Of a DNA stretch of 64,000 nucleotides, positions 9,243-18,905 are shown one piece after another (position 1 is the first letter of the stretch; each line of letters opens with the position of its first letter). The stretch spans positions 7,567 to 71,566 of the forward strand of contig JBLYPW010000004.1 in assembly GCA_048538275.1 (NCBI GenBank), given 5' to 3'. Under the pieces are notes generated by a model that had not been told where the DNA came from, made no database searches, and worked only from the letters and a program-made list of their open reading frames with translations. The stretch is from Candidatus Komeilibacteria bacterium (lineage in GTDB: Bacteria; Patescibacteriota; Patescibacteriia; UBA1558). The translations under genes and the position numbers were made by a program.

Positions 9243-10226
9243 CTATTGTGCCTCGGGAATAATGATGCTAAATTTCGCCCCTTCTCCCGGACTAGACTTA
9301 ACCTCAACTTCACCGTGTAAAAAATCACTAACAATCTTCTGTACCTGATAAAGTCCCAATCCCTGACCATGAGCACGCGTACTATCCTTTGGTAAAAAAA
9401 TCTTTTTTTGTAAATCTTTTGGTATTCCAGGACCATCATCCGCAACAGAAATTTTTATTTTTCTATCTACCTCCTCCGCATCTAAAATAATCTTCCCTCC
9501 CGCTGACATTTCCTCCCTGGCATTATTCACAAACTCCTTGATAATCTCGGTGATGATCATGCCATGACTCATGCGTACATCATAATCTTCACTAACAGCC
9601 GCACTAACAAGCACCGGGTATTGTTCAGTAGATTCATTGTTTAAACGAGCGCTTATGTGTCTCAAATAATGTAACATGTTTACGTCTTTGGGATTACCTT
9701 GTTCCAAAATATTTAAAAAATTTTCTTTATCCAATCTATTGCTGTCATCTATGCCCACACTGACCACCTCATTTAGCGTCTTAAATTCATGCGCCTGAGC
9801 TAACATAGTTATTAACCGACCCTTTTCATTGGCCGCTTCAAAATACTTACGACCACTATGATTCACCATGGCAATACTAAAATACAGCAAAGAAAACTTA
9901 TCCTCGTGAGCTTGTCTTAAATCATTAGACAACTTATCAAAACTCTCCAATGCTTGACGAGCAATGCGGGCCAATTCATTAGCTTCTTGAATAACCTTAT
10001 GATCATGGTCAACTTTCTCTGTTGCGACAGTAGCCGACAATAATTTAAACTGTTGGCTAACATTTTTTACACCGCTCTCATAAGCTGGCCACAACTGGCG
10101 CTCCACAAACTCTCTCCAAGCTTCTTTTTCTTTCTCCCAATTTTTATTAACCTCCTCCATACGGGTGGCGTCCACCATGCCCGTAGCTAATTCAGGACTA
10201 TGCAAAATATTAGAAAAAAATTTCAT
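9243..10226 (-). CDS. Orphan soluble histidine-kinase-like protein (C-terminal HATPase_c)
   Basis: N box EFVNNA, G1 DDGPGI, F box IFLP, G2 GQGLGL; start placed at MKFFSN. Confidence 0.8.
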   Translation of the reverse strand: MKFFSNILHSPELATGMVDATRMEEVNKNWEKEKEAWREFVERQLWPAYESGVKNVSQQFKLLSATVATEKVDHDHKVIQEANELARIARQALESFDKLSNDLRQAHEDKFSLLYFSIAMVNHSGRKYFEAANEKGRLITMLAQAHEFKTLNEVVSVGIDDSNRLDKENFLNILEQGNPKDVNMLHYLRHISARLNNESTEQYPVLVSAAVSEDYDVRMSHGMIITEIIKEFVNNAREEMSAGGKIILDAEEVDRKIKISVADDGPGIPKDLQKKIFLPKDSTRAHGQGLGLYQVQKIVSDFLHGEVEVKSSPGEGAKFSIIIPEAQ

Positions 10227-10345
10227 ATTATTATATTTTAATAAAAGTTCGTCTTTCGCAAAGATAACAAAAATAACGATAAAAGTCAAGGCTAAAAAAT
10301 TGCAAAATCATTGCCTTGGCTACCAAAAAATAGTATCATTAGACC

Positions 10346-10927
10346 ATGATTACATATTTACAAGGCACGGTAAAACTAAAAACAGATAAATATTTTTTGC
10401 TACTGGTAAACAATATTGGTTACCAGGTTTTTAGCAGCGAAACATTGCTCGCCGGACTGATTATTGACCAAGAAATGACAGTCTATACCCACCAATATGT
10501 TAAAGAAGACGCTTTAGATCTTTATGGTTTTGGCACTTTAGCAGAATTAGAATTTTTCCAACACCTTATCAATATATCCGGTGTCGGGCCAAAATCGGCT
10601 TTGGCAGTATTATCTCTAGCAAAATTGGATGACATAAAAAAAGCAATCTATAGAGGAGATCCTACCCTACTCAAAAAAGTATCTGGCATCGGCCAAAAAA
10701 CCGCCGAGCGCATCGTAGTGGAATTAAAAAATAAAATTACCGCACTAGCTACTGACTCTGGCTCCTTAACCGATGCAAACGGCGCTAATGAAGAGCTAAT
10801 TTCCGCCTTAGAAGCGCTGGGCTATAATATGACACAAATCCGACCAGCCCTCCAACACCTGCCAACAGATCTGCCGGATATCGCTCACCAAGTCAAAGCC
10901 GCTCTAAAAATCATTAACAATAAATGA
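10346..10927 (+). CDS. ruvA: Holliday junction branch migration protein RuvA
   Basis: MITYLQG, LYGF, ISGVGPKSA, VSGIGQKTAERIVVELK, ALEALGY. Confidence 0.97.
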   Translation: MITYLQGTVKLKTDKYFLLLVNNIGYQVFSSETLLAGLIIDQEMTVYTHQYVKEDALDLYGFGTLAELEFFQHLINISGVGPKSALAVLSLAKLDDIKKAIYRGDPTLLKKVSGIGQKTAERIVVELKNKITALATDSGSLTDANGANEELISALEALGYNMTQIRPALQHLPTDLPDIAHQVKAALKIINNK

Positions 10928-11952
10928 CTATGCGTCTAGTAGAATTTTATCAAGCTGACAGAGATTACTACAATGATTTTGTAGCCTCACAAAATGAATC
11001 ACAATTCCTACAAAGCTGGGCCTGGGGGGAATTTCAGCATGATCTTGGACGCAAGGTATGGCGAATCGGTTTTAAACGAAGCAACCAACTATTAGCCACC
11101 GCACAAATTATTAGCCATCCATTGAAAATGGATAAGAGCTATCTTTATATTCCACGCGGACCACTGTTTTTGCCCGGCTTAGACAAAACAACACAACAAG
11201 AAATTCTAGAATTACTACTGAGCAAATTACGCGATATTTGTTATGCTACCAAGCGAGAAAATGAAATATTTGTTCGCCTAGAGCCGGATAAAAATTGCGA
11301 TCGTCAAGCAATTCTCTCCCTCCCCCTACAAACGGTGCGGGCGCAGCAGCCTGAGCATTCCTGGCTACTTGATCTACAAATAGAAGAAAAAGATTTGCTA
11401 AAAAACATGCACCACAAAACTCGTTATAATATTAAGTTGGCAGAACGCAAGGGTGTTCATATTCGTCACAGCAACCGCCCTGTAGACCTTAATCATTTTC
11501 TTTATTTAGCAAAAATTACCGCCGCCCGAGCCGGTTTTTCCATCTGGCCAGACCATTATTATGAACAAATGCTAAAAAGCCTAAAATCATCTCAGATGGT
11601 TAGTCTTTGGCTAGCAGAATACAAAAAAATTCCACTCGTTGCTAACCTGGTTATCAATTTTGGCGATACTGTTACCTATTTACACGGCGCATCCGCCAAC
11701 AAACATAAAGAAATTATGGCCCCCCACCTGCTCCAATGGCAACAAATAAAATGGGCTAGGGAACAAGGCTATCAATATTATGACTTTTGGGGCGTTGCGC
11801 CCACTGGCACTGCCAAAGCCGAAGCCTGGCAAGGGATTACTCGCTTCAAACAAGGTTTTGGTGGCCGTCCAATCAAATATCCTGGTAGCTATGATTTTAT
11901 TTATTCCGCCGGTTGGTACAAACTGTACAACTTTATAAAAAAGCTAAGATGA
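10924..11952 (+). CDS. FemABX-family lipid II aminoacyltransferase
   Basis: FLQSWAWGEF, YIPRGP, KTRYNI, YDFWG, GITRFKQGFGG. Confidence 0.92.
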   Translation: MTMRLVEFYQADRDYYNDFVASQNESQFLQSWAWGEFQHDLGRKVWRIGFKRSNQLLATAQIISHPLKMDKSYLYIPRGPLFLPGLDKTTQQEILELLLSKLRDICYATKRENEIFVRLEPDKNCDRQAILSLPLQTVRAQQPEHSWLLDLQIEEKDLLKNMHHKTRYNIKLAERKGVHIRHSNRPVDLNHFLYLAKITAARAGFSIWPDHYYEQMLKSLKSSQMVSLWLAEYKKIPLVANLVINFGDTVTYLHGASANKHKEIMAPHLLQWQQIKWAREQGYQYYDFWGVAPTGTAKAEAWQGITRFKQGFGGRPIKYPGSYDFIYSAGWYKLYNFIKKLR

Positions 11953-13253
11953 ATGTTAAGGTAGTAGCAAAAAAAATTATCCCCCAATGGATATTTACAA
12001 TTTATCACTGGCTCCTAGCGGAGCTAGCTGCTTTATTGTACCGCTACCCTAGTAAAAAAATGACCGTTATTGGTGTGACCGGGACTAATGGCAAGAGCAC
12101 CACTGTTAATTTGTTAGGGCGCTGTCTGACCGAGGCCGGCTTTCGTGTAGGCTGGGCCACTACTATCAATTTTAAAATTGGTAGCCGCGAATGGCTCAAT
12201 ACAGCCAAAATGACCATGCTTGGCCGTTTCCAATTACAAAAAATATTACGCCAAATGGCCGACGCCAATTGTCGTTTTGCCATAATAGAAACATCCTCTG
12301 AGGGTATTAAGCAATATCGCCACCTAGGGATTGATTACGATGTGCTAGTATTTACCAATCTCACACCAGAACATATTGAAGCGCATGGCTCTTTTGCCAA
12401 CTATAAAACGGCGAAATTAAAATTATTCCGCCACCTAGAAAAAACCAAGAAAAAATACAAGAAAATTATTGCTAATTTAGATGATAAACACGCTGCTGAT
12501 TTTCTTAACTTTCACGTTAGTGACAAAATAGGTTTTAGTCTCACCGGCAAAGAAAGCAAGTTGGTAGATAATACCTATCAAGCTATAAATATTGCCAGCG
12601 ATGCTAACGGGAGTCATTGGCAAATAGACGATCGTCAATTCCACATAAGCCTAGTAGGGCGCTTTCACATATACAATGCCACGACAGCGGCGGTAGCTGC
12701 CAAAGCCCTGGGCATTGATTTTAAAACCTCGGCCAATGCCCTAAAAAAAATAACCAGCATTCCTGGACGTATGGAATTTATAAATACCGGACAAAATTTT
12801 CTAGCTCTTATAGATTATGCTCCCGAACCAGAGGCCTTAAAAAATCTTTATCAAGCTATAGATAAAATTCAATACAAGAAATTAATACATGTTCTAGGAT
12901 CTTGTGGCGGCGGGCGCGACCGCGCCCGCCGACCCATTCTTGGTCAAATGGCTGCCACCAAAGCAGATATCATTATAATTACCAATGAAGATCCTTATGA
13001 TGACGATCCTAATGAAATTATAAAAGAAGTGGCTGATGGCGCGGATAATGTTGCGCGCTTATCGGGTAAAAAAGTTTATCAAATTGAAGATCGTCGTGAA
13101 GCTATTGCTAAAGCAGTATCATTAGCCAAACCTAATGACTTAGTACTAATAACCGGCAAAGGAGCTGAACAAGCTATTTGCGTAGCTGGTGGCAAAAAAA
13201 TACCTTGGGATGACCGCAATGTACTACGTGAAGAGATTGAGAAATTGTCTTGA
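11949..13253 (+). CDS. murE: MurE-type Mur ligase
   Basis: GVTGTNGKSTT, ETSSEG, TNLTPEHIEAH, PGRME, GGGRD, LITGKG; ATGA overlap with the upstream gene. Confidence 0.88.
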   Translation: MNVKVVAKKIIPQWIFTIYHWLLAELAALLYRYPSKKMTVIGVTGTNGKSTTVNLLGRCLTEAGFRVGWATTINFKIGSREWLNTAKMTMLGRFQLQKILRQMADANCRFAIIETSSEGIKQYRHLGIDYDVLVFTNLTPEHIEAHGSFANYKTAKLKLFRHLEKTKKKYKKIIANLDDKHAADFLNFHVSDKIGFSLTGKESKLVDNTYQAINIASDANGSHWQIDDRQFHISLVGRFHIYNATTAAVAAKALGIDFKTSANALKKITSIPGRMEFINTGQNFLALIDYAPEPEALKNLYQAIDKIQYKKLIHVLGSCGGGRDRARRPILGQMAATKADIIIITNEDPYDDDPNEIIKEVADGADNVARLSGKKVYQIEDRREAIAKAVSLAKPNDLVLITGKGAEQAICVAGGKKIPWDDRNVLREEIEKLS

Positions 13254-13418
13254 TCGCTTATGATAGCTTTGTTTTTTCTTATAAAACCGTGTCCCAACAA
13301 AAGTTCGTATAATAAGCAGTTAGCCAAAATCGCTCCGCTCTTTGGCTAATGTAGCGCGGATACCTCCGCTGTTATCCTCTCGGTCGCTTCGCTATTTGAT
13401 GAAAGGCTTCCTGATAAC

Positions 13419-13447
13419 AAAAAGAGCGGTATTTTACCGCTCTTTTC
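13419..13447. terminator. Bidirectional terminator
   Basis: AAAAGAGCGGTA-TTT-TACCGCTCTTTT. Confidence 0.75.
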
Positions 13448-13459
13448 AATTGTTCTGAT

Positions 13460-14191
13460 TTAGGTACGAAGATGTCGCCACATAAACCAATTTGCCGGAT
13501 GCAAATAAGCGCTAAACACGCCAAACACAACCGCCGCAATAAACATTACCAACAAAGATAAAAATGACACTAAAAAGTGCACCATGATAGCCAAGGCTCC
13601 GGCCACAAAGATTGCCAACAACCAATTAACCGAGGCCAGCGTCATGGTCATAATGGCCAATACCAATGCCGATAGCGCATAGCCGGTATACCTGCCGCCG
13701 GCTATGATAATTTCTGCCACCAAATGCCACACATTCACATCAATATTTTCCAACTCAATAGCAATAACTGTTTTGCTGATTCCCCAGATAACGGTCACAA
13801 GTATTACCCAATAAAACCAAGATAGCCCTTGCCAACCGTAATGAGAATAATGAATAGCTACCGTCAAACCAATCAATACCACGAACAAGATAATACTAAA
13901 TAGCCGATCTTGCCAATCTCGCACACCGCTATTTGCTAAAAAATCAACCGCATGAAAAGAAAATAAAAATAAAACAGCTCCCGACAATGGCATCAAAAAA
14001 ACAATGGTCCATTGTGGTACTAGCCAAATATAAACCTGCTCCACGCCAACAGCGCTATGCCAAGTTATGTACCACCAATCATTAGGATCTGCCCAACCAA
14101 GAGCAGGCCAATCCCAACTAGCTAAAAAATACATTGTCTGGCCTAGAGCCAAAAGGCAAAAAACCCAACCATATTTCTTGATAAACTCCAT
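13460..14191 (-). CDS. Hypothetical polytopic membrane protein
   Basis: 243-aa ORF with several TM segments; strong SD AGGAGGG. Confidence 0.75.
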   Translation of the reverse strand: MEFIKKYGWVFCLLALGQTMYFLASWDWPALGWADPNDWWYITWHSAVGVEQVYIWLVPQWTIVFLMPLSGAVLFLFSFHAVDFLANSGVRDWQDRLFSIILFVVLIGLTVAIHYSHYGWQGLSWFYWVILVTVIWGISKTVIAIELENIDVNVWHLVAEIIIAGGRYTGYALSALVLAIMTMTLASVNWLLAIFVAGALAIMVHFLVSFLSLLVMFIAAVVFGVFSAYLHPANWFMWRHLRT

Positions 14192-14315
14192 CTTTCCCTC
14201 CTACAAATTTTCAAGGTTATTATTACCTAAAGGATACGCTATTGCTAGAGAAAAAGTCAATTTTCTGAAAAAACAAAAAGAGGAACGTTTCACGCCCCTC
14301 TTTTAACTTAGTAGC

Positions 14316-14936
14316 TTATTTTACTATTAGTTTCGCGCTTAAACGAATAATAAAATAAGAAATGTAAGATACCAGCCCTAACCAGAATGTTTCCACAATC
14401 AGCAACCAAATGATGACGAAGATCATTTTACCGGTAGTGGCTACAACAGTTGTTAAAACCATGTCTTTACCATCCCAGCCATATCTGGCGAACAGAAAAG
14501 GATTATCCGTAAGATCTTTGGCGCGCTGTACAGTTCTGTAAGTGACCTTGGTATAAGCGTCCCATTTTTGAGACACCAATACAAAAGTAAAGTCATAGCC
14601 ATCGCCCCTGACATAACGCAGCTGCCAGGCAAAACTTGGATCAAGTTTCACAATTCTGCGAAATATATTCTCTGGGACATAATCAAGTTGTTCGCTTGAT
14701 CTTAAAAATTTTATCATCAGAGAATCGGTCAACCGAGCGGTTTGCGCCTGCAAAATTATATTATACATGGAAGAGTCAGCGCGCAAAGAATCTCCTACCA
14801 CATAGCTTGCTCCATCCTGTAGAACGGCCGCCTGATAATCCGCACCATAGTCCTGAATGTGCGACACAGTAACAAAATTAAAAAAAAGGAGCGTCGGCAC
14901 AATCCATAATTTGTTTAACCTTTTGATCTCATTCAT
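14316..14936 (-). CDS. Hypothetical membrane protein (two terminal TM segments)
   Basis: SD AGGAGGGTG before MNEIKRL; hairpin at 14276-14304 downstream. Confidence 0.7.
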   Translation of the reverse strand: MNEIKRLNKLWIVPTLLFFNFVTVSHIQDYGADYQAAVLQDGASYVVGDSLRADSSMYNIILQAQTARLTDSLMIKFLRSSEQLDYVPENIFRRIVKLDPSFAWQLRYVRGDGYDFTFVLVSQKWDAYTKVTYRTVQRAKDLTDNPFLFARYGWDGKDMVLTTVVATTGKMIFVIIWLLIVETFWLGLVSYISYFIIRLSAKLIVK

Positions 14937-15116
14937 CTGTTCACCCTCCTTATAAGGATTTGATTTTAAAAGTCCATTATTAATCAACGGTTTTGTTAAT
15001 TAATATAATAAAATAGCATAACAGCTTATCTTTGTCAATACCTACATACACTTAAATAAAAAATATTGGACAAAAAACGGTGACTAAATAACTATTCACA
15101 CTTGTACACTACTAAC

Positions 15117-15125
15117 TGTGGATAA
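15117..15125. promoter_or_regulatory. Consensus DnaA box upstream of rpoB
   Basis: TGTGGATAA (reverse complement TTATCCACA); degenerate CTATTCACA at 15092-15100. Confidence 0.5.
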
Positions 15126-15244
15126 CCTGATGAAAAAAAGCTAATTTTAGGGTTGTTTAATCAAGATTTGACAAAAAGCCGCGGCCTGCTCAATGATTTT
15201 TTTAGCTAACTTTAGCCTCAAAATAAAAATTAGCTCCGATACCC

Positions 15245-15273
15245 TTGACGAATAAGTAATTTTCGGCTAATAT
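15245..15273 (+). promoter_or_regulatory. Putative rpoBC promoter
   Basis: TTGACG-17 nt-TAATAT. Confidence 0.55.
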
Positions 15274-15440
15274 TTAGTCATGTTTCTTGGGGGTAAATCT
15301 ATAATTTAAGGGCAAAAGAATATAAAATAACTCGTCCATTTGTTGGAGGAGATTTTTTTGTCTATAAATTATTATTCTCCACGCAAACAAAAACTATCAA
15401 TACATTCTTCTCTTTTTTTTAATATTAAAAGCCCTCCCAT

Positions 15441-18400
15441 ATGCCTAGCCACCCTCTCGGCGAGAGAAAGTATTTCACGCCGCTTCGTGATTTTTTGCCC
15501 TTGCCTGATTTAATTCAAGTGCAAAAAGACTCCTTCAAATGGTTTTTTGCTGATGGTATCAAAGAACTTTTTGAAGAAGTAAACCCGATTAAAGATTACA
15601 TCGGCCGTAATCTTGAGCTCTATCTCTTGGACTACTATCTAGATGAACCAAAGTTTGACGAAGTCACCGCTCGCTCTCGTAACATAACTTACGAAGCTCC
15701 TTTGCGCGTACAAGTACGTTTGGTGAATAAAAAAACCGGCGAAATTAAAGAACAAGAAATTTTCTTAGGCGACTTCCCCTTGATGACAAATCGTGGGACT
15801 TTTATCGTTAATGGCGTAGAGCGCGTAGTCGTATCCCAATTGATTCGCTCAGCCGGCGTTTTCTTCACCTCTACTCCTTTTCGTGCTAAGCGCTTATATG
15901 GTGCTAAAATTATACCCAACCGTGGAGCCTGGCTAGAGTTAGAAACCGAATCCAATGGCGCTATTATGGTAAAAATAGATCGCAAACGTAAAGTGGCAAT
16001 AACAGCTCTATTACGCGCTTTTGGTTTTAATAGCGACGCTGAAATATTACAAACTTTTGCTGATGTAGATGTAGACCCTGATCTCAAATATTTAGAAAAA
16101 ACTATTGCTAAGGATTCTTCCAAAACAGAGGAGGAAGGTTTGATTGAAATTTACAAACGCATTCGTCCGGGAGATCTCGCTACCGCCGATAATGCGCGCA
16201 GCTTAATCCACGCCATGTTCTTCAACTTTGATCGTTATGACTTTGGACCAGTGGGACGCTATAAACTCAACAAACGTTTTGACACCAACTATCCGATTGA
16301 TAAAGAACACCGCGTTTTATTAGTAGATGATTTAGTCAGAATTATTAAAGAAATTATTCGCCTAAACATTACCCAAGAAGATGCTGATGACATTGATCAC
16401 TTGGGCAATCGCCGCGTACGTGCTATCGGTGAACTTATTCAAAATAAATTCCGTGTCGGCTTGGCTCGCATGGAACGTATTATCAAGGATCGCATGAGCA
16501 CTTTGGATATTCATACTCTGACTCCCAACCAGCTGATAAATGCCCGTCCGGTAATTGGCACCATCAAAGAATTTTTCATGAGCTCACAGTTGTCCCAATT
16601 CATGGATCAAACCAATCCTTTATCAGAATTAGAGCATAAGCGCCGTCTATCCGCTATGGGACCAGGTGGTCTATCGCGAGAAAGGGCTGGTTTTGAAGTG
16701 CGTGACGTACATCGCACCCACTATGGTCGCATTTGTCCGATTGCTACGCCAGAAGGACCAAATATTGGTTTGGTTGGTCACCTGTCTTCTCATGCTCGTA
16801 TAAACCAATATGGCTTCATTGAAACTCCTTACAGAAAAGTGGTACACGACCCAATTAATAACGGCAGCGCCGCTATTGGTTATATTACTCGCCAAGATGT
16901 CCTTGACCCAGACAATAACAAAACTATCATTAAGGTAAATACAGAAATAACAGAAAAGATCGCTACTGAGCTGGCAAACTATGCTAATATCAAGACTATT
17001 CCTGTTAAGCCGGTGGTAACAAATGAAGTAGAATATGTAGATGCTTTTAATGAAGAGCGTTCTGTAACCGCTTCCGCTACTACACCTATCAATGAAGATG
17101 GTTCTTTTGCTGTTGATTATACTGAAGTTCGTTATCACGGCAAACCGTCCTTTGAAAAAGTAGAAGTGATTGACTACATAGACGTTTCGCCTTATCAAAT
17201 CATTAGCATATCTACTGCCATGATTCCGTTCGTAGAAAATGATGATGCTGTTCGTGCCTTAATGGGAACAAACATGCAACGTCAAGCTGTTTCTGTCATT
17301 CGTCCTCAAGCGCCCGTAGTCGGCACTGGTATTGAAAGTCGCGCCGCTTACGATTCTGGTCAAGTTATCATCGCTCAAGAAGATGGCGAAATTGTCGGTG
17401 TACAATCTGACAAAATTACTATCAAGGATAAAGAAGATAATATACATGAATACCCTCTAAACAAATTCCTGCGCTCTAATGCTGGAACCTCTATAAATCA
17501 ACGTCCGCTTGTAAATAAGGGCGACAAAGTGAAAACTGGCGAAGTTATCGCCGACGGCGCTGCTACTGACTATGGAGAGCTAGCACTTGGACAAAATATT
17601 TTGGTGGCCTTTATGCCTTGGGATGGCGGTAATTATGAAGACGCGGTTTTGCTATCTGAAAGATTGGTACAGGACGATCGCTATACCTCTATTCATATTG
17701 AGGACTATTCCATAGACGTACGCGATACCAAACTAGGACCAGAAATTATTACTAGAGATATTCCTAATGTTAGTGAAGAAAAATTAAAAGATTTAGATGC
17801 TAATGGCGTTATTCGTATCGGCGCAGAAGTCAGTTCCGGCGATATTTTGGTGGGCAAAATTACTCCCAAAGGCGAGACCGAGCTTTCTGCCGAAGAAAAG
17901 TTATTGCGCGCTATTTTTGGCGAAAAAGCAAAAGACGTTCGTGACACATCTTTATATTTAGAACATGGTGAACACGGTAAAATAATTGATATCAAAGTCT
18001 TTTCCCGAGAAAAAGGTGATAAGTTACCAGCCGGCGTTATTCAAACTATTCAAGTTACTATTGCGCAACTACGCAAAATTCAAGTCGGCGACAAAATGGC
18101 TGGCCGTCACGGTAATAAAGGCGTCATCTCTCGTATAATTCCGGTATCTGACATGCCTTTCTTAGAAGATGGCACTCCGGTTGACATTATTCTCAATCCC
18201 TTAGGCGTCATCTCTCGTATGAACCTCGGACAATTGCTGGAAACACACCTGGGTTTAGCCGCCAAGACATTAAACTACCGCGTTGCTACGCCGCCGCTCA
18301 ATGGCGTAAAGCCAGAACAAATTCAAGCAGAATTGGTAAAAGCAGGTTATCCCGACGATGGAAAACTACAATTATTTGATGGTCGCACCGGCCAACCCTT

Positions 18401-18863
18401 TGATAAAAAAACAGTGGTTGGCATTATCTACATGTTAAAACTAAATCATTTAGTGGAAGATAAGATACACCAACGTTCTATCGGGCCATACTCCTTAGTA
18501 ACGCAACAACCGCTAGGCGGTAAAGCGCAGTTTGGTGGCCAGCGTTTTGGTGAAATGGAGGTCTGGGCTTTAGAAGCTTATGGCGCCGCACATGCATTAC
18601 AAGAAATTTTGACAATTAAATCAGATGACGTGCCCGGTCGTAGCAAAGCCTATGAATCCATTATTAAAGGCGAGCCGATTCGTAAAGTCAATATTCCAGA
18701 ATCATTCAATGTCTTGGTCAGAGAATTAAAAGGATTGGCTTTGGATGTAGAGCTGATCAAACCAAAGAATGCAAAAATAAAGGTCGTTCCCGAAGAGGAG
18801 GTAGAGGAAACAGGCGAAGAAGAAAAAGAGAGCAAGTCAGAAACAAGCAAAGATAAAGAATAA
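15441..18863 (+). CDS. rpoB: RNA polymerase beta subunit
   Basis: [51 protein letters not shown]. Confidence 0.99.
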   Translation: MPSHPLGERKYFTPLRDFLPLPDLIQVQKDSFKWFFADGIKELFEEVNPIKDYIGRNLELYLLDYYLDEPKFDEVTARSRNITYEAPLRVQVRLVNKKTGEIKEQEIFLGDFPLMTNRGTFIVNGVERVVVSQLIRSAGVFFTSTPFRAKRLYGAKIIPNRGAWLELETESNGAIMVKIDRKRKVAITALLRAFGFNSDAEILQTFADVDVDPDLKYLEKTIAKDSSKTEEEGLIEIYKRIRPGDLATADNARSLIHAMFFNFDRYDFGPVGRYKLNKRFDTNYPIDKEHRVLLVDDLVRIIKEIIRLNITQEDADDIDHLGNRRVRAIGELIQNKFRVGLARMERIIKDRMSTLDIHTLTPNQLINARPVIGTIKEFFMSSQLSQFMDQTNPLSELEHKRRLSAMGPGGLSRERAGFEVRDVHRTHYGRICPIATPEGPNIGLVGHLSSHARINQYGFIETPYRKVVHDPINNGSAAIGYITRQDVLDPDNNKTIIKVNTEITEKIATELANYANIKTIPVKPVVTNEVEYVDAFNEERSVTASATTPINEDGSFAVDYTEVRYHGKPSFEKVEVIDYIDVSPYQIISISTAMIPFVENDDAVRALMGTNMQRQAVSVIRPQAPVVGTGIESRAAYDSGQVIIAQEDGEIVGVQSDKITIKDKEDNIHEYPLNKFLRSNAGTSINQRPLVNKGDKVKTGEVIADGAATDYGELALGQNILVAFMPWDGGNYEDAVLLSERLVQDDRYTSIHIEDYSIDVRDTKLGPEIITRDIPNVSEEKLKDLDANGVIRIGAEVSSGDILVGKITPKGETELSAEEKLLRAIFGEKAKDVRDTSLYLEHGEHGKIIDIKVFSREKGDKLPAGVIQTIQVTIAQLRKIQVGDKMAGRHGNKGVISRIIPVSDMPFLEDGTPVDIILNPLGVISRMNLGQLLETHLGLAAKTLNYRVATPPLNGVKPEQIQAELVKAGYPDDGKLQLFDGRTGQPFDKKTVVGIIYMLKLNHLVEDKIHQRSIGPYSLVTQQPLGGKAQFGGQRFGEMEVWALEAYGAAHALQEILTIKSDDVPGRSKAYESIIKGEPIRKVNIPESFNVLVRELKGLALDVELIKPKNAKIKVVPEEEVEETGEEEKESKSETSKDKE

Positions 18864-18905
18864 AACTTCATTATAAATTACTAGCAAATTTTTAAAACCT
18901 ATCAT

